NCBI GenBank assembly: GCA_031288185.1
Contig: JAITRZ010000014.1
Location: 17,091-81,090, forward strand
Direction of reading: 5' to 3'
DNA: 64,000 nt
Origin: Coriobacteriales bacterium
GTDB taxonomy: Bacteria; Actinomycetota; Coriobacteriia; Coriobacteriales; UBA8131
Below are positions 50,392 through 60,002 of the stretch, one piece after another. Both the position numbers and the translations under genes were made by a program. How positions within the stretch are numbered: the first letter of the stretch is position 1; each line of letters starts with the position of its first letter. Under the pieces are notes generated by a model. The model did no database searches. It worked only from the letters and a program-made list of their open reading frames with translations, and was not told the origin of the DNA.

Positions 50392-51879
50392 ATGGTCAAT
50401 ATACCAAAAGTCTCTCGCGAAAAGTCCCTGGCGCGTTTGGGCACTATGATTCCAGGGGAAAAGGAGAGTTTGTTCAGGATTGTAGGCTTTACCTGTAATC
50501 GTGCCTGGATCTACTGTGTCATCTTTAACCCCCTGTTAATTGCCTCCTCCGGTTTTACCTCCATTCCGCTTACTGTTTCCCTTTTCTGTCTTGCCATAAC
50601 CCTTGTGGTGATGGCTCTTGCCCACAACCTTACTAAGCGCCTGCTTGAGAAGAACGGTTGCCTGATGGGGGCGGGCATGAGCATGGCTTTGGGTGCCTTC
50701 TTTTGGATAATGGCCAGCACCATGCAGCTTGATTCTGTTGTCCTGTTTGTGCTCTGTGGGATACTAACCGGTTTTGGATCTTCCCTTATGCTTATGCAGT
50801 GGGGACGCGTTTTTGGCGCTGTCCCAACTGCTACCTCTCATTTTGAATCGTCTCTGAGTTATCTCAGCGCTGCCTGCGTATTTCTCATGTGTGGTTTTTT
50901 GCCCCTGCCAGCAAGCGTTGGAGCGGCGATACTGCTGCCACTGATTTCAGTCTTTATTCTTGCGCAGTTGAAACGGCTCGCCGTTTCACCACGGCCAAAC
51001 CTTGAGAATTTATCTGCTATCACGCAGGATAGTTTTTTCATCAAGTTGCTGCTTGGGGTTTTGCTGATAGGAACTTGCGCGGGTGTTGCTGATGAGTTTT
51101 ACTTTATCTACAATCCGGTGATTTCACCAACGGATGCAACACTACAGTTCTTTCTGGCGGCCTTACTTGCGCCCCTCCTCATGCTCATAATTCCGGTTTT
51201 TTCAAAACGCCTGGATTTTGGCCTTACCTACCGACCAACCCTCGTAGTGATGATATTTGGAGTGCTGATGCTGCCCTTCTTCACCGGGGGTACGCAGATG
51301 ACAGGATGGATAGTGCTAGCTGGCTATCACTGCTTTGATTTGATGACCTGGATCTTGTTGGCTGATCTCTCCTATCGTTTCCACATTTCACCCATCCTCA
51401 GTTTTGGGCTCGGTCGCGGTGTCCTTTACTTCTCCTGCGGGATGGGCAGCTGCATCGGTAGGCTGATTCGCCTTTATTGGGGAATAGGATTTGAATCAAT
51501 GGCTACCAGCCTGGCCGTTACCGTTATTACCCTGGTTCTTGTTTTGACCTACTGCCTTATATTCACAGAAAAGGATTTAAGTAGGTATGAAAGTGTGGCA
51601 AAGGACGGCCGCCCCGGCGCTGTCATGCAGTCATGCAGTCATATTGCTGGACTCTACGGCCTTTCGCCTCGGGAAGAAGCGGTGATGCGGTTGCTGGTAA
51701 AAGGACGTTCCATTGCCCGTATCCAGACTGAGCTTTTCATTTCTAAGGGAACGGTAAATACGCACCTGCGTCATATCTATCAGAAGTTGAATATCCACAC
51801 CAAACAAGAGTTACTTGACCTCGTGGAAGGTGACAGGCTGCCCGTGCAAGCGCCAGAGCCTGACAGCCACACCGAGTGA
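50392..51879 (+). CDS. Membrane-embedded (multi-TM) LuxR-family regulator
   Basis: About 12 hydrophobic helices followed by LSPREEAVMRLLVKGRS...ISKGTVNTHLRHIYQKLNIH. Confidence 0.92.
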   Translation: MVNIPKVSREKSLARLGTMIPGEKESLFRIVGFTCNRAWIYCVIFNPLLIASSGFTSIPLTVSLFCLAITLVVMALAHNLTKRLLEKNGCLMGAGMSMALGAFFWIMASTMQLDSVVLFVLCGILTGFGSSLMLMQWGRVFGAVPTATSHFESSLSYLSAACVFLMCGFLPLPASVGAAILLPLISVFILAQLKRLAVSPRPNLENLSAITQDSFFIKLLLGVLLIGTCAGVADEFYFIYNPVISPTDATLQFFLAALLAPLLMLIIPVFSKRLDFGLTYRPTLVVMIFGVLMLPFFTGGTQMTGWIVLAGYHCFDLMTWILLADLSYRFHISPILSFGLGRGVLYFSCGMGSCIGRLIRLYWGIGFESMATSLAVTVITLVLVLTYCLIFTEKDLSRYESVAKDGRPGAVMQSCSHIAGLYGLSPREEAVMRLLVKGRSIARIQTELFISKGTVNTHLRHIYQKLNIHTKQELLDLVEGDRLPVQAPEPDSHTE

Positions 51880-52103
51880 TGACTCTTTGGGTAGTGCGCG
51901 AAAAAAAAGGGCCACAAATCCCCTGGACGCGACTGTTTGCAGAGTCAGGAAAAGATCGCGCCCGGGGGGCTTGTGGCCCCGCAGAAAGGATGGGCAAGAG
52001 ACGATCGTCAACTGCCCCGATGTTTCATGTTGTGGTCTCAGCAAGAGAAAGGGCGCCTGGGGCCTGGCTGTGCAGACGACCTGCCCTTTCTCCAAACTGC
52101 TGA

Positions 52104-53021
52104 TTAATAAAATACAAAAACCGAAAAGCCCAGCGCATAGAGCACAACCCTGAAGCATAGCGCGCCCGCGAGGGCACACAGTGCAGCCACACCGGCTGTA
52201 CTTGCGGCCGTGGTGCCTTGTTGCCTTGTGACAAAGAAGGCCGCCGCGCCCGGTACAAGTGCGCCCAGTACAAGCGCCCCTACCCAAAACAAGAGCGCTT
52301 GGTCTCCGGTAAGAAAGCCAGAGAGCATCCCCTGAGGATCGTCCATGACCTTGGTAGGCTGTGTGGGATCAAAGTAGTTTCCCACAGAAGTAAACGACGG
52401 AGACAGGGAGGGGATAAAGACGGCGTAGGCCAAAAGGGCTATGAGCGTAAGCACGGCAGCGCCCAAGGCGAGTTTTGCGCTCAGGGTAAAGATAGCAGAT
52501 GAGCCTTGAGAACCCTTTGCGCTTTCAGCGTCTGGCTTTGCAAGCGCTGAGATAGCCAACACAACCAATGCCCCTGAAAGCGCGGCATTGGAGAGGTAAT
52601 ACAGCCAAAGCAGGGGTGTATCCCACACGGGACGCGCCGACATGCCATAGGATGCTGACATGATGATAACCAGGACAACAGAAACAATTAATGCGAGCCA
52701 TCCCGCCCAAGCAGGTACCGCTCCCCGTCTGGCCAACACAAGGTAGATGATGGCCACCACAGCAAAGACAACGATGCCGATAAGCTCCTGGGTTATCCCG
52801 CTTGTTAGATGGCCAAAGCCATTAAACGCTCTGTCCCAGTGCTCAAGGTGCAGAAAAGAGGCAAGACCGCCCAGAACAATAGCAATAAGCGAAACAACAA
52901 CTGCGGGTATCTGTATCTCTTTTGCCTTGTTGAGCCCCGCAAGCAGGCCGGCAACCCCAAAGGTGCCTGTTCCAAGGCAGATAAACAAGGTAAAGAACAT
53001 TAAAGGCCATTGGAGTTCCAT
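52104..53021 (-). CDS. DmsC-like membrane anchor subunit (second copy)
   Basis: MELQWPLMFFTL, ASFLHLEHWDR, NGFGHLTSGITQE. Confidence 0.9.
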   Translation of the reverse strand: MELQWPLMFFTLFICLGTGTFGVAGLLAGLNKAKEIQIPAVVVSLIAIVLGGLASFLHLEHWDRAFNGFGHLTSGITQELIGIVVFAVVAIIYLVLARRGAVPAWAGWLALIVSVVLVIIMSASYGMSARPVWDTPLLWLYYLSNAALSGALVVLAISALAKPDAESAKGSQGSSAIFTLSAKLALGAAVLTLIALLAYAVFIPSLSPSFTSVGNYFDPTQPTKVMDDPQGMLSGFLTGDQALLFWVGALVLGALVPGAAAFFVTRQQGTTAASTAGVAALCALAGALCFRVVLYALGFSVFVFY

Positions 53022-53686
53022 TATCGACCTCCTCCCTGCCAAGTGCGTTCCCGTAGGATAAACTTGAAGGATGGGATATTGCCAACGTCGGGAAGCGAGT
53101 ACACTTCGCTTTCCTTGTGCGGATTCAACAAGCTACCCAAAACGCTGCGTTCGCCCTGACACTTCTCATATGACTTATCTTCTTCCATTTGAGACGGTTC
53201 GGCGGGGCCTTCAAAAGACTCAATGCCTGCTTCCAGATCTCCAAAGAAACGAGCGCGCGCTCCACACTGCATAACACACTGTGGCAACTCGCCCTGGGCA
53301 ATCTTCTGCTCACAGAGCGTGCATTTTTCCACGATGCGCTCTTCCTCATTAAGGTAGCGCACGTTATAGGGACAGGCCATCACGCAAAATTGGCAGCCGA
53401 TGCACTTGGACTTATCTATCTGTACCGTGCCGTCCGCGCGCTTATGGGAGGCCTGCGTAGGACAAACCTCAACACACTGGGGCTTCTCGCAGTGCTGACA
53501 TTGCACTGTTAGAAAGTACATTTCAACATCAGGGCAGACAGCACCTTCAAACTTGGGATTAGGGCCAATGCGCAGTGTCTTGATCCAGAATGATCCGATG
53601 TCCACGCTGTTGGCAGCCTTACAGGCAACCGTGCAGTTTAGGCATCCGACACAGCGGTTGAGATCGGTGACGATGGCGTACTGCAT
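53021..53686 (-). CDS. DmsB-like 4Fe-4S subunit (second copy)
   Basis: CVGCLNCTVAC, CQHCEKPQCVEVCP, CIGCQFCVMACP. Confidence 0.93.
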   Translation of the reverse strand: MQYAIVTDLNRCVGCLNCTVACKAANSVDIGSFWIKTLRIGPNPKFEGAVCPDVEMYFLTVQCQHCEKPQCVEVCPTQASHKRADGTVQIDKSKCIGCQFCVMACPYNVRYLNEEERIVEKCTLCEQKIAQGELPQCVMQCGARARFFGDLEAGIESFEGPAEPSQMEEDKSYEKCQGERSVLGSLLNPHKESEVYSLPDVGNIPSFKFILRERTWQGGGR

Positions 53687-56600
53687 TAGTACTCACCTCC
53701 ATTCAACGAGAAATCTGGCAGCCACTTCTTCAGCCGCGGATCAGAGGCATCGTGAATGATTTCGGTGCCATCGTTGTCGCAGGGAACCGGATTGCCAAAG
53801 GGGCTGTTTGCTGATGTAGCCTTATAGACCTTCACCGCAAAGCCACGCATACCCGGCGACGCCATGATGGGATCAACGTTATCGGGATTGATCAAGCGAT
53901 TGCAATTACATAGTTCTTCACCATGATTGGGAGCGGAGAGTTCCGGGAACCACCAGGCATGTTCCAGGTTTACCACGCCCTCATTGATACCGTGGTAGAG
54001 GTCGGCAATCTGGCGCACTTTGCCATATTTGGTCTCGATCCAGGCCCAATCACCCTGCTCAAGGCCCAACCTGGCGGCGTCAGCGGGATTGATTTCCATG
54101 CGCGGAGCAGGCCATTGCTCGCGGCACCACGGCAGCTGTCGATGTTCGGAGTGAAAGTACACCGGGATACGGCGACCGGTTGTGGCCAACAATGGATAGT
54201 CGGTAAAGAGTTCCGGGTCGCGCACGGGACTTTCCAGGGGCTCTCGATAGTCTGGGATTAGCCAGGTATCGATCCATTCCCTGTCTGTCAGGCCCTCACC
54301 CTCATTGGCAAGACCGTCTGAGGTGTATCCCGACACCCCTTTCTGGGCGATGCCGCCCACGGCATAACGTTCCATCACCGTAGGCCAGAATTCATATTTG
54401 CCTGTTGGGGTAACAAAACCAAAGCGGCGGGTCTCGTCGCAACCGGGCACTTTAAGGCCGGTAATGCCTTCGGCGCGGCCAACACGTGGTTGTATTGTCG
54501 CATAGCCCGTCTCCCATCTGCGCCAGGTGCCCATTACCTTTGGATAGACCTTCTTGGCATTGCGCCAACCGTTGATCTGAAAGTCCTCCTCAAACTCTTT
54601 GTAGCTGTTAAATGGCAGACGTTCCCCAAAGGGCTCAGAGGCCGCCTGAGCCATCTGGAACATATGCTCACAGGCATCCTCGGTGGTTGGATCTTCCGGA
54701 CCAACAGGTACGCCTATATCCCTGAGACTCCAAGGAAAGCCATAGGCGCGCGCCAATGCTTTCATAAACATCGGATCATCCTTGCAGTCGCCCGGAGCCT
54801 CCACACAGGGAACATTCATACCAAGGCCACAGTGGGGACCCTGGCTGATGCGCGGCCAGCGCATTTCCAGCCAATGGTAGATGGGAACCAAGATGTCGGC
54901 GCAGTCAGCCGTTGGATGATGCCAGAGATTGGCTTCAAGCCAGAATTCCAGCTTGTTCATAGCCTCCCAGGCCGGGCCGGAGGCACCCTGATTCATAAAG
55001 GAACCGGAGTCATTTGCGCCCGCCACAATTGGATAGGGCTCACCCGTCAAAACAGCCTCCCAGATTTTGTTTGGGTTTGACCACTGGCCATACCACTTGG
55101 ACATTGGCCAATCATCACCACCAACAATGGCCGCGTTTCTCTCAAAACTATTGGGTGGCGCGGCAGGATTGGCCAACTCAAGCACATCGGCATTGGGATC
55201 CTTGTAGCCTAGATCCCATCCACCCCCGATAAATGCGTAGGGCAACCAGCATTCATCGTTAAAATAGGCGTGTGTTGGCCCTCGGTTACCACCCGGAATA
55301 TCCATATTGCCGGTCATGTGCACAAGCATCATGATGGCGCGAAGCGTCTGATAATTGTTGCCGTTTTGATCCATCGCCAAGCTTACGTGAAGGCCCCCGT
55401 TGCCGTGGTCAGCGCCTTCAGGACGCGTTGCCCAGGCCAGACAGGCTTTCTCGATTTTCTCGGCGTCAACGCCGGTGACGCTTTCAGCCCACTGCGGTGT
55501 CTTATCGGCAAGCATCTCAACATAATAGGACCAGACGCTTCTCGCCTTTACGGTGCGTCCATCCTTAAGGGTCACTTCGCCCTCCCAGATGAGATCGGGA
55601 TCAATGCTCTTGAACTGGGTGGGTTCAGGCAACCATCCTTCCCACGGTGTACCTTCCTTGGCGACACGACCATTTTTATAGGCATCATCCATTGTGATGA
55701 ATTCGCCATCCCACTGTCCAACACAGACATCATAAAATGACAGGGACTCATTGCCGGTTTTGCCCGCCGATGCCTTAGTAGCGTCATGAACAAAGAATTT
55801 CTGGTAGGAGCCGCCCTCAACCAGGTCGCTTTCCTTTAACAGGCGCGTCTTCATGTCATGAGCGCCAGAATTGTCGGTCATCCAACCGCCGGATGGTTCC
55901 ATATCCTCAACCACCAGGAAAGGAGCGTTGGTCCAGCGCTTCATGTGGAGGTTATCCATCAAGTTATTATCAGAGATGGTCTTTGCCCAGGACAGCGCGA
56001 TGGCCATGTCGGTACCAGGCCGAATATCCAGCCAGTAATCAGCCTCTTTGCCTATACCGGTCATACGGGGATCAACAATAATAAAGGTCTCCGCCTTGCT
56101 TATTGCCGCGTTGACAACATTACGACAGGAGTCATCGTAATTTGAATACTCAATATTGCCTCCCCATTCAACATAAACCCGTGGTTCCTCGGCAGAAGTC
56201 ATCCAGTTTGAGGCATAGGTATCGTTGGTTGCCGTGGTAAGAAAGCGGGGGCCCTTGCAGACACAGGACGCGACATGGTGGTTTACAGCTCCTGTGATAA
56301 TTGCGAGGGTGGCATAACCACCCATCGCCCACATGCGGCTGGTTCCATTCATGGTAAAGATGCCGGTGCCGGTGTACTTAGCGCTGATTTCATGAAACTT
56401 CTCGGCACTTATACTCATTGCCTCGTCCCAGGAAACACGCACCCACCCTGGATCCTCGCCTTTGGGGCGCGTGCGCTTCATGGGATAACGCAGCCTATCG
56501 GGGTGGTAGCAGGCCTGTATGGATGCCTGCGACTTTGTGCAGCAGTTACCACGGCTGGTAAAGCTGGATTGGTCGCCTTCAACACGAATAGCCTTTCCAT

Positions 56601-56841
56601 CTTGCACCGTCACCCATACGCCACACTCCATCTTTCCACATCCTCGGCAAATGGTGCGTATGCGCTTTACTTCGCCGTCAGTAATTGCAGAGCCATCACC
56701 AACGTCTGCCAAAACGGATAGCGAGCCACTTGTCGAAAGCGCCGCAGCACCTGATGTAGCTATGGCTAGCTTAACAAAGCTACGACGGGACAGGTTGCGC
56801 GACAGATTGAAGCCGCGATGGGTCGAATCCAGTTTTTCCAC
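53686..56841 (-). CDS. Tat-exported Dadh-like molybdoenzyme catalytic subunit (second paralog)
   Basis: GTG start after AAGGAG; SRRSFVK; CRGCGKMECGV; VCKGPRF; SNYDDSCR; TTGRRIPVYFHSEHRQLPWCRE. Confidence 0.9.
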   Translation of the reverse strand: MEKLDSTHRGFNLSRNLSRRSFVKLAIATSGAAALSTSGSLSVLADVGDGSAITDGEVKRIRTICRGCGKMECGVWVTVQDGKAIRVEGDQSSFTSRGNCCTKSQASIQACYHPDRLRYPMKRTRPKGEDPGWVRVSWDEAMSISAEKFHEISAKYTGTGIFTMNGTSRMWAMGGYATLAIITGAVNHHVASCVCKGPRFLTTATNDTYASNWMTSAEEPRVYVEWGGNIEYSNYDDSCRNVVNAAISKAETFIIVDPRMTGIGKEADYWLDIRPGTDMAIALSWAKTISDNNLMDNLHMKRWTNAPFLVVEDMEPSGGWMTDNSGAHDMKTRLLKESDLVEGGSYQKFFVHDATKASAGKTGNESLSFYDVCVGQWDGEFITMDDAYKNGRVAKEGTPWEGWLPEPTQFKSIDPDLIWEGEVTLKDGRTVKARSVWSYYVEMLADKTPQWAESVTGVDAEKIEKACLAWATRPEGADHGNGGLHVSLAMDQNGNNYQTLRAIMMLVHMTGNMDIPGGNRGPTHAYFNDECWLPYAFIGGGWDLGYKDPNADVLELANPAAPPNSFERNAAIVGGDDWPMSKWYGQWSNPNKIWEAVLTGEPYPIVAGANDSGSFMNQGASGPAWEAMNKLEFWLEANLWHHPTADCADILVPIYHWLEMRWPRISQGPHCGLGMNVPCVEAPGDCKDDPMFMKALARAYGFPWSLRDIGVPVGPEDPTTEDACEHMFQMAQAASEPFGERLPFNSYKEFEEDFQINGWRNAKKVYPKVMGTWRRWETGYATIQPRVGRAEGITGLKVPGCDETRRFGFVTPTGKYEFWPTVMERYAVGGIAQKGVSGYTSDGLANEGEGLTDREWIDTWLIPDYREPLESPVRDPELFTDYPLLATTGRRIPVYFHSEHRQLPWCREQWPAPRMEINPADAARLGLEQGDWAWIETKYGKVRQIADLYHGINEGVVNLEHAWWFPELSAPNHGEELCNCNRLINPDNVDPIMASPGMRGFAVKVYKATSANSPFGNPVPCDNDGTEIIHDASDPRLKKWLPDFSLNGGEY

Positions 56842-57181
56842 TAAGCTCTCCTTTTCTCTCTGATGATTTTGGTAAACGGACAGGCACGTGCAACGGATGT
56901 TCGATACACGCGGCAAAGCGAAACCCTCCCTTCTTTCTGCACGGATGGGTGCAAGTGTAGCGAACTGGGAGATAATAGAATACGGATATTTTTTATGAAT
57001 TTGCGAGGGGAAACCAAAACCATATCATGCAAACTTTATGATTCTACTCGGTCACCTGGCAGATTCCCCCAGCATGATTGCCTGAGGGGGCCTTATGAAC
57101 ATTGGGTGCTGATTGAGAGGAGGTCAGGAATAAATTATCGGGAACAAAAGGCGCTCTTAGCAGGATAGCTTTGTGCGGTGA

Positions 57182-57257
57182 TGGTGCCCTCGACAGGATT
57201 TGAACCTGCGACACCAGGTTTAGGAAACCTGTGCTCTATCCCCTGAGCTACGAGGGC
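57182..57257 (-). tRNA. tRNA-Arg (anticodon CCT)
   Basis: Reverse complement GCCCTCGTAGCTCAGGGGATAGAGCA-CAGGT-TTCCTAA-ACCTG...GGTTCAAATCC...GAGGGCACCA. Confidence 0.96.
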
Positions 57258-57425
57258 GCGATAGAATTTTAACACGCGCGGGAACGGGAAGGAAATCTGC
57301 CTATCCTGGAGCTTCCTGATAAGGCACCGTTTTTGCGTTCTGGCGGTTTTCTTCCGTGCCTTTCACCGCTATGCACACTGCCTTCTACCTGACAATTCTG
57401 GTTTTTGCATTCTGGCCGGTTTTCT

Positions 57426-58697
57426 TCAGCTCCCTTCGCCCTTGGGCATGAGCCTAAGAAACACCAGCCCCAGGATAAAAAGCACGGTGATGGACAGGAT
57501 ACCCAAGCTGGCGCTGCCAGTCATAAAGGTAAAACCACTCATCAAAAAGGTTCCCAAGATGGCGGCGTATTTGCCAAAAATGTCAAAGAAACCAAAATAT
57601 TCATTAGCATGTTTCAGGGGAATAAGCCTGCCAAAGTAAGAGCGCGAGAGCGCCTGGATGCCCCCCTGAAACAGTCCAACGGCAAGTGCGAGTATCCAAA
57701 ACTCAACGGCGGTTTTTAAGAAAAAGGCCGCAAAAAGCGTTATGAGCGCATAGGCGCACACACTCACACTGAGCATAACGCGCGCGCCAAGGCGCTGTGC
57801 CAGCTTGCCAAACAGCAGCGCTGCGGGAAAGGCGACCAACTGGGTACCTACAAGGGCCAACACAAGTTGTGTACTGTCAATGCCAAGGTCGGTGCCAAAA
57901 CTCGTAGCCATCTTGATGATAGTATGCACGCCGTCGATATAGCAAAAGAAAGCAAGCAGGAAAAACAGCATTTTGCGGTTGGCGATGATGTTGCGCAGTG
58001 TCTTGCTCAACCCGGCGAGTGTTTTGCGTATCGCGTGATCCTCATGCGGCTTGAAGTGCGTTTGGTGAACATTTTTAATCAACGGTAGGGAAAAGGCAGC
58101 CCACCACAAAGCAATAATGATAAAACTGATCTTTGTTGCCAGCTGGCTGTCTATACCAATCACCCCACCGCCAAATATCAGGGCGACACACGCAAGAAAG
58201 GGAATCAGCGAGCCAATATAGCCCCAGGCATAGCCCTTGGAAGACACAGAGTCAAACTTCTCCGGTTCTGTCGCGTCAACAAGAAAGGCATCGTAGAACA
58301 CCGTTGAGGAGTTTACGCCAACTGCCGCGATGACATAGACGGCCAGAAAGCCAAAAGCTGTGTTGGGAATACTGAGTGCCGCGCAGGCAACAACGCCGGT
58401 AGAAACCGCGCCAACAAAAAATTTCTTCTTACTTTTTGGATAGTCAGCCAGAGAGCCAAGAAAGGGCATAAGCAGGGCCACGATGAGAGAAACAACCGTC
58501 TCAGTGAGACCCCATCCAACAACAACCGAGCCTTCAGACAATTGGCTATAGTAGATGGGTGCTACCGCCGTCGCAAACATGAAAAAGGCCGAATTGCCCA
58601 CATCGTAGAGCACCCAGCACCATTCACGGCCGTTCATGCGGTTTGTTTGGTCTTTGCGTGATCGATTCTTTTGATCCTCTGTGGGCGATATACTCAT
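57426..58697 (-). CDS. MFS transporter, UMF1/ATG22-like
   Basis: WVLYDVGNSAF, PFLGSLAD, FYDAFL, QGGIQALSRSYF, EYFGFFDIFGK. Confidence 0.88.
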   Translation of the reverse strand: MSISPTEDQKNRSRKDQTNRMNGREWCWVLYDVGNSAFFMFATAVAPIYYSQLSEGSVVVGWGLTETVVSLIVALLMPFLGSLADYPKSKKKFFVGAVSTGVVACAALSIPNTAFGFLAVYVIAAVGVNSSTVFYDAFLVDATEPEKFDSVSSKGYAWGYIGSLIPFLACVALIFGGGVIGIDSQLATKISFIIIALWWAAFSLPLIKNVHQTHFKPHEDHAIRKTLAGLSKTLRNIIANRKMLFFLLAFFCYIDGVHTIIKMATSFGTDLGIDSTQLVLALVGTQLVAFPAALLFGKLAQRLGARVMLSVSVCAYALITLFAAFFLKTAVEFWILALAVGLFQGGIQALSRSYFGRLIPLKHANEYFGFFDIFGKYAAILGTFLMSGFTFMTGSASLGILSITVLFILGLVFLRLMPKGEGS

Positions 58698-59047
58698 ACA
58701 TTCTCCATTTCTTGTTCCCCCTACGATAGAGTATTGCCATCAGGAGGGGAACAGCGGCAGGCACAGAACAAACAAAATCACAATCGTGCGTGCCTGAAAG
58801 GCGCGTGAAGGCGGGGGAGAGGAAGGGCAGCGTTTAAGGATAAAGCCGGTTTGGGGGAGAAAACGGCGCGCGTCAGGGCAGATCAGGCCCAGCAGCTCAG
58901 GCAAAACTGATAGGGGATTGCGCACATAACAAGCAGGAAGGTGCCAGATGGCCCGTATCCCTTAAGCGATTGAGGCTGCATCACCTAAGCGACGGGAAAG
59001 AGTCCTGCGTCACAACCCTGCGTCATGCGGTTGCGTACCTGTTGCGC

Positions 59048-59458
59048 TCAGTCGTCACGCGTCAACTCAGCCAGTGACACGCCGTCGATAAAGGCGTCAA
59101 CGGTATTTTGTAAACCCTGCCAGAAGCGGGCTACGCCGCAGCAACTGCTCTGGCGAGGACACAACTCAGCTTGAGCATCCAGACAGGACACCGGCAGAAA
59201 TCCGCCCTCAGCAGCACGCATGATGTCGCCGGCACTGATGTTACGGGCCGTCTGAGCAAGGCGATAACCCCCCTGGGCCCCGCGTACACTTTCTAAAAAA
59301 CCGAGCTTGCTTAGGTCGCCAGCGATACGTTCCAGGTATTTTAGGGGGATGTCCTGGCGCGAGGCAACCGCGCGCAGGGGTACTGGGCCAGCCTGCTCGT
59401 GGCGAGCGACATCGATCATCAGATACAGAGCATAACGGGCCTTGGAGGAGGTCTTCAT
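59048..59458 (-). CDS. Rrf2-family regulator (IscR/CymR-like)
   Basis: SSKARYAL, YLERI, SVRGAQGGYRLA, Cys cluster CLDAQAELCPRQSSCC. Confidence 0.9.
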   Translation of the reverse strand: MKTSSKARYALYLMIDVARHEQAGPVPLRAVASRQDIPLKYLERIAGDLSKLGFLESVRGAQGGYRLAQTARNISAGDIMRAAEGGFLPVSCLDAQAELCPRQSSCCGVARFWQGLQNTVDAFIDGVSLAELTRDD

Positions 59459-59463
59459 GCAGT

Positions 59464-59910
59464 TTAGTAGTCCTCTTCTTCAGCCTCGTCTTCATGGATG
59501 TCGCTTTTGGGCTTAACGAGCCCCTCAATAGCGATGCTGTTTTTCTCAGCGTAGTCCCACAGCGCGGCGTGTATGGCCTCTTCAGCCAGGAGCGAACAAT
59601 GCACCTTGACAGGTGGCAGGCCATCCAAAGCTTCGCAGACGGCCTGGTTGGTCACCTCCAGCGCCTCCTGTATGGTTTTACCTTTAACCAGTTCAGTAGC
59701 CATTGAGGACGTTGCCACAGCGGCGGCACAACCAAAGGTCTTAAATTTAACATCGCGAATCACGCCTTTGTCGTCTATATCAAAATACACGCGCATGATG
59801 TCGCCACACTGGGCATTGCCCACCGTGCCAACACCGCTGGGATTAGCGATCTCGCCCATATTACGTGGATTGGCAAAATGTTCCATCACTTTTTCAGAAT
59901 AGGAAGCCAT
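59464..59910 (-). CDS. nifU: Fe-S cluster scaffold NifU/IscU
   Basis: YSEKVMEHFANPRN, CGDIM, KFKTFGC, LPPVKVHCS. Confidence 0.95.
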   Translation of the reverse strand: MASYSEKVMEHFANPRNMGEIANPSGVGTVGNAQCGDIMRVYFDIDDKGVIRDVKFKTFGCAAAVATSSMATELVKGKTIQEALEVTNQAVCEALDGLPPVKVHCSLLAEEAIHAALWDYAEKNSIAIEGLVKPKSDIHEDEAEEEDY

Positions 59911-60002
59911 CAGATTGTGATCCTTTCCAATCAGGACGTCAGGTCATATCCAACCAGGGATAAAAACCGCCGCCTAAACCGATGCCCGGCTTTTACTACC
60001 GG

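Noticed and set aside
57182-57257. tRNA-Arg as integration site for the molybdoenzyme block
   Set aside because: No integrase and no duplicated tRNA 3' end seen; composition looks host-like.
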